Shown here piece after piece: positions 1 to 11,500 of a stretch of DNA of 64,000 nucleotides. The stretch spans positions 124,001-188,000 of the forward strand of contig JAPDFW010000084.1 of assembly GCA_028826165.1 (NCBI GenBank), in the 5' to 3' direction. The notes beneath the pieces were generated by a model. That model was not told the DNA's origin and searched no databases. It saw only the letters and a program-made list of their open reading frames with translations. This stretch comes from Anaeramoeba ignava BMAN (taxonomy: Eukaryota; Protista; Anaeramoebae). A program made the position numbers and the translations under genes. The first letter of the stretch is position 1. The number at the start of each line of letters is the position of its first letter.

Positions 1-254
1 AAATTTTTAATTAAATTTTAATTTTAATTTTAATTTTAATTTTTAATTTTAATTTTAATTTTAATTTTAATTTTAATTTTAATTTTAATTTTGATTTTAA
101 TTTTAATTTTCGATTTTAATTTTAATTTTAATTTTAATTTTAATTTTAATTTTAATTTTAATTTTAATTTTAATTTTAATTTTAATTTTAATTTTAATTT
201 TGATTTTAATTTTAATTTTGATTTTGATTTTGATTTTGATTTTTAATTTTAATT
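1..254. repeat. (TTTTAA/TTTTGA)n microsatellite
   Basis: Hexamer tandem repeat read directly; abuts the stop codon of the BTB fragment at 255. Confidence 0.95.
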
Positions 255-577
255 TTAATTTTGATTATTAAATTTGTTAATTAATAAATCAAATAAATTT
301 GGATTTGTTTGATTTAATTGAAAATAATCAATTCCAATTTGAATTTCTTCAATAATTTCTTTTGTAATTTCAATTTCATCTTTGATTTGATTTGAATAAA
401 TCCAATATTCAAATATTTGAAATGATTTATTACTTAATTCACTATAATCTGTAACTTTATTAGATTTATCTTTTGTTACAGATAAAAACATTCCTCGATA
501 TAATTCACTTCTCATTATTAATATTAATTTAGGAAATTTATATTGTTTTTCTTTTCTTTCAATTATAAAATCTTTTT
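255..577 (-). pseudogene. 5'-truncated copy of the C-terminal BTB module of the RCC1-BTB gene family
   Basis: Near-identical to the 3' end of 4909..6682 (KDFIIERKEKQYKFPKLILIMRSELYRGMFLSV...NLFDLLI.KFNNQN). Homology stops at about 577, where a 145-bp array begins; no upstream exon or AG acceptor found. Confidence 0.8.
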
Positions 578-1290
578 AATTAATTTATTTCAAAAATGGA
601 ATAAAGAATATTAAATAATTAAATTTAAAATTAATTATATTTTATATATTTTATTAATATTTCTTTATTTAAAATAATATAAAATTATTCCCAATAATTT
701 AATAAAATTAATAAAATATTTTAATTAATTTATTTCAAAAATGGAATAAAGAATATTAAATAATTAAATTTAAAATTAATTATATTTTATATATTTTATT
801 AATATTTCTTTATTTAAAATAATATAAAACAATTCCCAATAATTTAATAAAATAATAAAATCTTTTTCATTAATTTATTTCAAAAATGGAATAAAGAATA
901 TTAAATAATTAAATTTAAAATTAATTATATTTTATATATTTATTAATATTTCTTTATTTAAAATAATATAAAATTATTCTCAATAATTTAATAAAATTAA
1001 TAAAATATTTTAATTAATTTATTTCAAAAATGGAATAAAGAATATTAAATAATTAAATTTAAAATTAATTATATTTTATATATTTTATTAATATTTCTTT
1101 ATTTAAAATAATATAAAATTATTCCCAATAATTTAATAAAATTAATAAAATCTTTTCATTAATTTATTTCAAAAATGGAATAAAGAATATTAAATAATTA
1201 AATTTAAAATTAATTATATTTTATATATTTTTGTTAATATTTCTTTATTTAAAATTATATAAAATAATTCCCAATAATTTAATAAAATTG
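578..1290. repeat. Tandem array, about 145-bp unit, about 5 copies
   Basis: Marker CAAAAATGGA at 591, 736, 881, 1025 and 1170. The unit contains an imperfect inverted repeat (AATAAAGAATATTAAATAA...TTATTAATATTTCTTTATT). Confidence 0.95.
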
Positions 1291-1294
1291 GTAG

Positions 1295-1622
1295 AAATAT
1301 TTTAATAAATATAAATATTTAATTTTAATAATATTTAATAATAATTTAATTTAAATTTATTTTATTTTAATTTGAAATAATATTTTTATTTATTATATTA
1401 ATATTTTTAATTATTTATTATTCCAATTTTAATTATAATAAAATATATTAAAAAAAGTGGAATAAATATTTTAATAAAGATAAATATTTAATTTTAATAA
1501 TATTTAATAATAATTTAATTTAAATTTATTTTATTTTAATTTGAAATAATATTTTTATTTATTATATTAATATTTTTGATTATTTATTATTCCAATTTTA
1601 ATTATAATAAAATATATTAAAA
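1295..1622. repeat. Tandem duplication, about 169-bp unit, 2 copies
   Basis: TTGAAATAATATTTTTATTTATTATATTAATA at about 1372 and 1541. Confidence 0.85.
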
Positions 1623-2094
1623 ATAAAATTAAAAAATTAAAAAATTTTAAATAAATTGAATTTAACATGATTGAATAAGATAAACTTTCTAAAAAAATAA
1701 TTTACTAATTATTCTATTTTTGATTTTGATTATAATTTATTAATATTTAAATATTAATTAATAATAAATTTTATTTGATTTTTTTTTATTTTAATATTTT
1801 AATTAATGAATTTAAATTTAATTATTATTAATTTCTATTTTCAATTTTTATTTTTATTTATTATATTAAAAATATTCAATTTTTTAAAATTTATTATTTT
1901 TTTTTTTGGATTATTTTTTATTAATTAAATTTTTAATAAATATTTTAAATTAAAATTAAATTATTTAAAATTAAATTTGTTTCTTATTTATTATTTTAAA
2001 GAAATTAATTTGATTAAAAGTAAATTAAAATTGAATTAAATTTTGAAAAAAAAATTAAAAAAAAAAGTTTGATTTTCTTATTATTAATTAATTT

Positions 2095-3794
2095 TTAAAT
2101 GAAATAAGATTCAAGTTCATCAACAACCCATGAAGTATAAGAACCAGCTAAATAACTTTGAGCTTCATTTGATTCATAAGTAATTCCATTAGGTGGATTA
2201 TAACTATAACCAAAATTTGAACCACCACCTTGTAAATTAGAACCTAAATAAAAATCAGCTCCACGACCAAATACTGGACCATAACTTAAATTAGAACAAA
2301 TTGCACGATCTTGTTTATATGTAAACTTTTCAGGTATTCTATCCCCTTTATCATTTCTTAATGAAAAAATAAATGCATTTGAGTCATTAATGTCTTCATA
2401 ACCTGATTGAACATATTTAAATCCAACTTGAGTAAATCCTCCAAAAATAAAATTTTGTTTTGTTTTGATAATAATTAATGTTTTTCCTTTCCCATCAACT
2501 GCTTTATGCCAATTTTGAGAATTAAATCCATCTCTTTTTGCTGAAAATCCTTTTTTCATTTTAGAAAAAAAATCATTATCATTTATCCATTCTTGTAATT
2601 TCTTAACATATTCAATATCTTGAATAATTTCTGAATCTGAAAAAATCTTTTGTAATTCCATTTCTTGTTTCATTTTCTCAACTTCTTTCTTCCATTTCTC
2701 TTCAATTTCAATTTTCATTTGTTGATTTTCCTTCTCTTTGTTTTCAATTTCTTTGTTTTTATCTTCAACTTCTTTCTTCCATTTCTCTTCAATTTCTTTC
2801 TCTTTGTTTTCAATTTCAATTTTCATTTGTTGATTTTCCTTCTCTTTGTTTTCAATTTCTTTGTTTTTATCTTCAATTTCTTTCTTCCATTTCTCTTCAA
2901 TTTCAATTTTCACTTGTTGATTTTCTTTTTGATTATCTTGAATAACTTTGTTTTGAATATCAACTAAAAAAGATTTAGGAAAAAAATCAAATTGTTTTAA
3001 TTTATCAAAATCTTGTTTTGAAATTGAATCTTTATCAAATAATGAAAAAAAAGAATGAAATAATCTTTTCTTTTCAATTCCCTTTTCTTTTTCTTTTTCT
3101 TTTTCTTTCTTTCCTTTTAATCTTTGATTTCTTTTTTCAATCCAATTATTTAAAAATTGAAAAAAATCAAATTGAAAAATTTCTTTTTTTTCTTGTTTAA
3201 ATTGAATAAATTTGATAATTTCTTCTTTAGTTAAATTGAATAAATTCTCATTATTTTGAATTTGGGAAAAATTTTGATTTATTAATTCAAAACATTTTAT
3301 TTCAATTTCATTTGAATTTAAATTTCGATTTTGGAATAAAAATTGGAAAAAATTTGAATAATTAATTGAATTTAAAATTTTTTTTTGAATAATTTCTTTC
3401 AATAAATTTAATTTAAAATAAATTGAAATTTCTAATAATTGAATAAGATTTTCTTGATTCTCAAAAGAAATATTTCCATAATAAATATAACTCAAAAATT
3501 GATTCCATTTCTTTTTATTAAATTGATTTAAAGAAATAGAAAGAGATTCTTTGCCTTAATGATTCATTAAAAAGGAGATCTTGAAGATAAAATTGATTTA
3601 TGAACTTTAATTTCAAAAGGATTTGATTTATTCTCAACAAAAATTGAAAAATCTTTAAATGAATTTCCATTTAAAAGGTTTGAATAATTTTTAATTAAAT
3701 TTTTTGTTACTTTTTTTTCTAAATTTTTCATTTCATTTTCATTTTGATTTTGATTTGCATTTTCAATTTGGTTATTATTATTATTATTATCCAT
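2095..3794 (-). CDS. BTB-BACK-coiled-coil-TLDc protein, frameshifted at about 3495-3570
   Basis: ORF 3567..3794 gives the BTB start (FKDFSIFV...IKVHKSILSSRSPF). ORF 2095..3495 continues BTB/BACK, a repeat coiled coil and TLDc (FSAKRDGF, GKGKTLIIIKT, FIFGGFT, FIFSL, YGPVFG.G.D, ELESY). The gap reads FNESLRQESLSISLNQFNKKEMESIL once four homopolymer indels are corrected. Confidence 0.85.
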
Positions 3795-4199
3795 TTTGTT
3801 TTTGTTTTTGTTTTTGTTTTTTTTGTGTTTTTGTTTTTGTTTTTAAAAAAAAGGAAAAAATGAAAAAAAATTTAAAAAAATAAATAAAAAGTGGATTTTG
3901 AAAATAAATAAAAATATAAAAAATGAGAATAAATTTAAATTAATAATTAATTTAATTTTCTTTTTAATTTATTATTTTAAATTAATTTATTAATAAATTA
4001 TTATTATTTTTTATTAATTTTTTATTATTAAAAAAAAAGGAAAATTATTTTAATTTAATTTTTAATTTAATTTTTTTTTTTGGAATTTAAAAATTATTAA
4101 TAAATTTAAATTTAAAAACAAATTTCCAAATTAATATTAATTCAATTTAATTCAAAAAAAAAGATAAAATTTTAATTTCAAAAAAATCAATTTTCAAAA

Positions 4200-4902
4200 T
4201 ATTTTTAAATAATAAAATATTTAAATCTAAAACAATAAATTATTATTTTAATAATAAAATTAAATATTAAATTATATTTTTAAATTAATTTATAAATTAA
4301 ATATTAAATTAAACCTATTCTTATTTTTTATATTTATATGTTAAATATTTAAATAATAAAATATTTAAATCTAAAACAATAAATTATTATTTTAAACAAT
4401 AAAATTAAATATTAAATTATATTTTTAAATTAATTTATAAATTAAATATTAAATTAAATCTATTTTCATTTTTTATATTTATATGTTAAATATTTAAATA
4501 ATAAAAATATTTAAATCTAAAACATTAAATTATTATTTTAAACATAAAATTAAATATTAAATTATATTTTTAAATTAATTTATAAATTAAATATTAAATT
4601 AAATCTATTCTCATTTTTATATTTATATGTTAAATATTTAAATAATAAAATATTTAAATCTAAAACAATAAATTATTATTTTAATAATAAAATTAAATAT
4701 TAAATTATATTTTTAAATTAATTTATAAATTAAATATTAAATTAAATCTATTTTCATTTTTTATATTTATATGTTAAATATTTAAATAATAAAATATTTA
4801 AATCTAAAACATTAAATTATTATTTTAATAATAAAATTAAATATTAAATTATATTTTTAAATTAATTTATAAATTAAATATTAAATTAAATCTATTCTTA
4901 TT
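4200..4902. repeat. Tandem array, about 144-bp unit, about 5 copies
   Basis: Marker TCTAAAAC with its C at 4227, 4371, 4517, 4660 and 4804. The array ends a few bases from the stop codon of the RCC1-BTB gene. Confidence 0.95.
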
Positions 4903-4908
4903 GTTTTA

Positions 4909-6682
4909 TTAATTTTGATTATTAAATTTCTTAATTAATAAATCAAATAAATTTGGATTTGTTTGATTTAATTGAAAATAATCAATTCCAATTTGAATTT
5001 CATTAATTATTTCTTGTGTAATTTGAATTTCATCTTTAATTTGATTTGAATAAATCCAATATTCAAATATTTGAAATGATTTATTACTTAATTCACTATA
5101 ATCTGTAACTTTATTGGAAGTATCATTTGTAACAGATAAAAACATTCCTCGATATAATTCACTTCTCATTATTAATATTAATTTAGGAAATTTATATTGT
5201 TTTTCTTTTCTTTCAATTATAAAATCTTTTTCATTTTCATTTTCATTTTCATTTAAATAAATTCTTTTAATTGTTTCTTCAATTTTTTCATTTGAATTTA
5301 TAATTTCTTTAATTTCAGAATATAATTTTGGATTTATTTTGGAAATATTTGAATAAATCATTTCAAATACTTGATTTGATTCTTTAATTGATTTTTTTGA
5401 AATAATTTCTTGAAGTTTTTCAATTTGGTTTTGATTTTGATTTAATCTATATTTTAATATTAATTTATGAGCTTCAATTATTTCTCCATTTTCTGTTTTA
5501 AATGAAATATCACAAAATTCTTTTCTTTTAAATAATTTTATCAAATCTTCTTCAAGATTGGAAAAAGAAGAAGGAGAATAATAAAGAAATGATCTTGAAT
5601 ATCCACAAGAAATATGATAATTAGAAATATCTTCATTAAATCTTAATTTAGGAAGTTTAATTTGAATTGGAGTTATTTGAAATTCTGTATCTCCAATTCC
5701 TAATTCACCAAAGAAATTATCTCCAAATCCAATCAGTTTTGAATTGGAAGTTAAAATCAAAGTATGATAATTTCCAACAGAAAAATCAAGAATATTATCA
5801 TCATTTTCAAATAAAGATGATTTGATTTCAGTAAATTTATAAGTAGTTTCATATTTGCCAAGTCCATTATATTGCCAATTTCCACATGAATAAAGTTTTC
5901 TTTTTGGATTTTGATTTTCATTTTCAATCAACATTATTGAATGATTAAATCCACATTGAATATCAATTATTTTGCCTTTTGGAATATTTTGGATTTTGGT
6001 TAATTTTTTGATTTGTGTTTTTTTTCTTCTTGATTTTCCTAATCCGAGTTGGCCATCATAATTATCACCGCATCCAAATAATTCTTGATTTGAATTTAAA
6101 AAGAAAAATAGAATTTGAAGAATTTCCTGAAAATATTTTAGAAACATTTTTCATCATTAAAATTGGTTTTTCTGTTTTTTCAAGTGTTTCAGAATCAAAA
6201 CCAAGTTGACCATAATAATTTGAACCAATTCCATAAACATTTTGATTTGAAGTTAATAAGTAAATTGAAAACCTTCCAGAAACAACATCTTGAATTATTC
6301 TATCATTTTTATCTTCAATTAATGATGAAATATTGATAAATTTATTTGGATTTTCTGGATTAATATCTTTTCCTTTGGCAAATACATTTCCTTCTTTTGT
6401 TAAAATAGCTTCATTTTGAAAACCAACAGATACTTTTTGAATATTTTCAATTTGAATTTTTTCAGGTTTTTGATTTAAATCATTTAAATATTCTATTGCT
6501 TTTCCATTTTTAAAAAGGAAAATTTTTGAAAATTGACTTAATGAAATTTGTTTAATTTGTTTTTCATTTTCATTTTCATTTTCATTTTTAAATTTAAATT
6601 GAATTGGTTTTGTTATTTTATTTGGTTTATTTTTTAAAAGAATTGGTTTTTCATTTTGACCAAAAAATAAAATTTCATTCAT
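4909..6682 (-). CDS. RCC1-repeat plus BTB domain protein (RCBTB-like), one frameshift at about 6100
   Basis: RCC1 motifs (GSNYYGQLG, CGDNYDGQLGLG, CGFNHS, VGNYHTL, GDNFFGELG) followed by BTB (FCDISF...AHKLIL) and a second BTB-like block. ORFs 6065..6682 and 4909..6147 join by removing one T from CTTTTTA. Confidence 0.88.
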
Positions 6683-6776
6683 TTTTGAAAAGAAAAAAAA
6701 TGAAAAAATGATTTTTAATTTTTAATTTTGATTTTGGAATTAGAAAGAAAATAAATCAAATGAATTATTTTTATTA

Positions 6777-8393
6777 TTATTTTTCTTTTTCCATCTTTTC
6801 AAAAACACGGATTAAATTTGAATTTGGATTTAAATCATAAAATTCAATAGCATCAATAAGTTCAAAAGCAATATCTTGAGTTATATGGTCAATTTTATCT
6901 GTATAAATAAATCTCAATAAGGCTTGAATAGCAGCAGGAGTTCTTTGACTATAATCAGAAACTTCATGAGAAGAATCAGTAACACATTCAAACATGCCAC
7001 GAAATAAGCCACTTCTTAAAGCAAGAAATTCTTGATGAACATGAAATTTTTGGTCTTCACATTTGAGGGTGAAATTTGTAGTTGGATCGTTTTGCAATCC
7101 ATCATAAAGCCTTGTGAAATCATCCTTCAGCTTCTGTATTTGATTGGGAGCATAAGGCTCAATTGAGAAAAATTGGAAAAATTGGGTCATTAATTCCTTC
7201 TCTTGCAATTCAACATTAATTGAATGGAGAATTCCTGTGTATAAATATTCAATAATATACTGAATCGCATTTGCAGACAAAACAGACGCCTTCGATATGA
7301 AATCATTCATTGTTTTCCCGTTCAGTCTGGATTCAATAATGACTTTGTGGAACTTGATTTTCTTGTGATCCCTTGAAATGATTTCTGAATCACAAAAATT
7401 TTGGTTTTGCAAAAATTCAACCAAATCTTGCAAAAAAGAATCTAAATGAAACTTCAAAACATAAATATCCTCCAAATAGTCGTTATCAAAACCACCGAAA
7501 ATAACAAGTTCAGTGGGGCTTTTGATGACGCAATTGTGTCTTAAACGAGCCGTGATTTTATCTCCTTCATATTTAAGAGGAAACCATTTATTTGAATGAA
7601 AATCATAACAAGATAGTTCATCATGTGGCATGTTGCTATGAAACCCGGAAAACAGAATCAAGTTGTCAAACAAGTTACAAATAGTATGACCAAAACGACT
7701 GATTGGCCAATTTGGGTGTTTGTCATCTGTGATATTGCTCCATTTTCGGGTCAGTAAATCAAACTTGAACAAACAATTAGAATCTTCAAAATCAGTTTGT
7801 GTTGTCCCACCGTATAAATACAAAGAATCCGAAAAAAGATTAAGCGTGTGCGAAGTAAGCAATCTTTTCGGATAATCCTCACTTGATTTCTCTTCCTGCG
7901 GTGTGGCAATGCTGGACCAGAGAAGCTTATTTGTATCAAAAACAAGAATATCACCAGCAGTGTCTCTTTTTTGATTCATTGGTTCAGATCCATAACAAAT
8001 CAATAAAGGCCCATAAAACACCGCTGCGTGATCGCAAATGATTACAGGACAATTCGGAAGTCTTTCCCATTTCTTGGTTTTTAAATCAAAACAGAAAAGA
8101 TCCCCTATTTCTTCATGTGATTTATTTAGTCCCCCAAATACATATAATTTATTGTTGTAATAATTCAATGTGTGAGCTGATCTTGGCTCAGGTGCTACTC
8201 CTTTGCACTCTATTTCTGTCCATTTTTTAGTCTCGAAATCAAAACAATCAAGTGTGTTCACTCGTAATTTGGTGCATCTTCCCCCAAATGTATATAATTT
8301 CCCATCTACAAAACAACTGGATTGATTGCTTCTTGGTGTTGTATTATTTTCTGTTTTGATTTTTTCACAAGTTATTTTCCTAACAAATTCCAT
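6777..8393 (-). CDS. Kelch-repeat plus tandem BTB protein (LZTR1-like architecture)
   Basis: 538-aa intronless ORF with six Kelch repeats (LYTFGG, PRSAHT, LYVFGG, LYLYGG, RFGHT, VIFGG) and two BTB blocks (FCDSEI...FHKVII; FHVHQEFLALRSGLF). Confidence 0.92.
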   Translation of the reverse strand: MEFVRKITCEKIKTENNTTPRSNQSSCFVDGKLYTFGGRCTKLRVNTLDCFDFETKKWTEIECKGVAPEPRSAHTLNYYNNKLYVFGGLNKSHEEIGDLFCFDLKTKKWERLPNCPVIICDHAAVFYGPLLICYGSEPMNQKRDTAGDILVFDTNKLLWSSIATPQEEKSSEDYPKRLLTSHTLNLFSDSLYLYGGTTQTDFEDSNCLFKFDLLTRKWSNITDDKHPNWPISRFGHTICNLFDNLILFSGFHSNMPHDELSCYDFHSNKWFPLKYEGDKITARLRHNCVIKSPTELVIFGGFDNDYLEDIYVLKFHLDSFLQDLVEFLQNQNFCDSEIISRDHKKIKFHKVIIESRLNGKTMNDFISKASVLSANAIQYIIEYLYTGILHSINVELQEKELMTQFFQFFSIEPYAPNQIQKLKDDFTRLYDGLQNDPTTNFTLKCEDQKFHVHQEFLALRSGLFRGMFECVTDSSHEVSDYSQRTPAAIQALLRFIYTDKIDHITQDIAFELIDAIEFYDLNPNSNLIRVFEKMEKEK

Positions 8394-8555
8394 TATTATT
8401 ATTATTATTATTATTTTTTAAAAGAGAAAAATGAGAAAAATGAAAAAAATGAAAAAAATTTTTTTAAATCGGATTTTTATTTTTGAAAAATTAAAAAAAA
8501 AAAAGTTTGTTTTTTCTTGTTAAATTGATAATAATTATTAAATTAATTAATCTTT

Positions 8556-11500
8556 TTATTTTTTCTTTTTCTCTTCTTTTTCATCTTTATCTTTTTCATC
8601 TTTATCTTTTTTGTCTTTATCTTTTTTATCTTTATCTTCTTTTTCATCTTCAATAATTTCTAATCCAGTCAAAAAAGCAAAATCATTTTGAAAAGAAACA
8701 AACTTTAAATCTTTAAGATGATTCATAAAAGAATCATAAATAACTGAATCCAAAGAACAAAATTCAAGAAAAGGGAAAAGCTCCCAAACTTGATGAGGAG
8801 CCAAAATAATATTTCCATCTTCAATTTTCGATTCTTCATTTGAAAGAGAAATTTTTTGTAACATTTCATCAATATTTAATCTTTGATTTTTTTGATTCTG
8901 TTTTTGTTCTTCATCAATTTGCTTAAGATGAGACAATCCAAATTCATGACAAGCCATTAAAAAGAAGAAAGCAGTATCAAACATTTTCATTTGAAGTAAT
9001 AATTCGAAAACTTTCTTAAATTCTCCAATTGTAATAAAAACATGAATTGCTTCCAAAATTCGATTTACTTTCACTAAATGTTCTCCATATTTCAAAGTAA
9101 ATTTAAAATGCATTTCTTGAGGAAGATGCATCTTGGAAAATAAATAAGCTTTTCCCCACATCCCCACTTTCTGAAGAGCTTGGCAAGCATGTTCATAATC
9201 GCCAACCATCATATATATTTGGATCGCTTCACTATTTCTTTTTTCTGCCATTAAAGAATCTGCAATTTTGCAAATTGTCTCTGAGAAATGTTCTTGTGAA
9301 ACAGTTGCTGATATAATTGCTGCTTTAAGAAGATCCTGAAAATAGTTTTGATGATCTTTTGGTGTTTCAAAAAGTAGATCAATCGCTTCTTTTTTGTGAT
9401 TTAAGAACAGATTATCGTTCATTACATTTTGTGTTAATGAATATGAATCTTTACGATGAACATCTTTGATTATTCTAATTTCTTCTGATGATTCAATAAT
9501 ATCTTCTCGACTTCTTAAATCTGCAAATTTTCCTGTCAATTTGATTTTATTTGGATTTAAGGGTTGAACATGTTGAGAAAACAATTCAATAATTTTTTCA
9601 TTTTGCTTTAATTCATTCTGATTTTTTTCAATTTCAATATTTTCAATTTCGATACTCTCAATTTGAATTGTTTCAGTTTGAATATTTTCAATTTGAATAT
9701 TTAAATTATCTTCTTTATTATCAATTTGATTTTTAAATTATCTTCTTTTTATCAATTTGATTTTTTAAATTATCTTCTTTTTTATCAATTTGATTTTTTA
9801 AATCATCTTCTTTTTTATCAATTTGATTATTTAAATTATCTTCTTTATTATCAATTTGATTTTTTAAATCATCTTTTTTATCAATTTGATTATTTAAATC
9901 ATCTTCTTTATTATCAATTTGATTTTTTAAATCATCTTCTTTTTTTTCAATTTGATTATTTAAATCATCTTCTTTTTTATCAATTTGATTATTTAAATTA
10001 TCTTCTTTTTTTTCAATTTGAATATTTAAATCATCTTCTTTTTTTTCAATTTGATTATTTAAATCATCTTCTTTTTTTGGAAGAAGATCCTTATGAGATG
10101 CAAAATAATCTAGATAAAATAATGCAAGAGACCAAAATTCTTCTTCATAATTATCTGCAAAATAATTAGCGGTTACTAAACATCTTTTTGCTGTTCCTGA
10201 TTTTTTAATAGTTTGATAAATAACATCTGGAATACCATCAATTTCTTCAAGAATTTCTTTTTGAATTAAATCAGGATCATCTTGTATGATTGAGAAAAAT
10301 TCCTTATTTTCATAAATATTATCATTTTTTTCATTTTCTTGATTTTCATTCAATTTTTTATTCAAATTTTTTCTCATTCCAAATTTCATCCAAAGTTTTA
10401 ATCGACTAGCTTGTCTTAAAGTAAATAAAAAAGGTGTTTGAGGTTTTTCATCAAGACGTCGATAATGAATTCTTGTTTCGACTTTTTTCATTGTTAAATC
10501 ATAAATAAAAACAGTTCCATTCTTTCTTGGCTAATTATAATATTGTTAATTAAAATCAAATTAAAATTAAAATTAAAATTAAAATTAAAATTTAAATTTA
10601 AAATTAAAATTAAAATTAAAATTTAAAATTAAAATTAAAATTAAAATTTAAAATTAAAATTAAAATTAACCTAAAATTGGAGATCCATTTACTGTCCAAG
10701 CAATAAAAACTCCTTGATCTGGTTTTTTTTTATGAACACCTCCAACTCTTCTGTTTTTAACAAGATCAAAAATTGCGAATTCATCATTTTCAAATAAGAT
10801 ATAAAGTAATATTTGGCTATCAAAAGGGAAGAACTCCATTTTTTTAGTTCTCTTTTGACCAGTTTGAATTGAAATTGTTTTCTTCACATTTATGTTTATA
10901 TAGTGAATTATTCCAGAATTTGTTCCTATCACAAAAGTACTATTAAATTAAATTAAATTAAAAATTAAATCAAAAAAAAAAAATTAAATTAAATTAAAAA
11001 TTAAATTAAATTAAATTAAAATAAAAATTAAATCAAATTAAATTAAATTAAAAATTAAAAATTAAATCAAATTAATTTTATTTGATAAATACTTTGATTT
11101 GTATGCAATATTTGTAATTTGTCCAATTCCATTTCCAAAATTAATATGAGCTTCTTTAGAAATTTTTAAACCTTCAACATAATATCTATAAATAATACCT
11201 TATTTTTTTTTAATATAAAAAATTATTCAAAATAGAAAAAAAAATTATTAAATTAATAAATAAATAAAATTAGAAAAAAAGAAAATCAACCTTCGCCTTT
11301 AACAACAAATATAAATCTTTGTTTTTCTTGAGAATCATCAAATATCCATTTAAAATCAACAACATTATTTGGCGAAATTGTTTGCAAAGGACAAAATGTT
11401 TCCAAACTCCAAATCTCAAAAGGTCTATTAAATATATTAAATATATTATATATAAATATATAATTCAAATTAAATATATAATTCAAAAACTCACTTTTGA

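Noticed and set aside
578-4902. 145-bp arrays as CRISPR arrays or MITEs
   Set aside because: The units are fully repeated with no unique spacers; no cas genes, clear terminal inverted repeats or target-site duplications.
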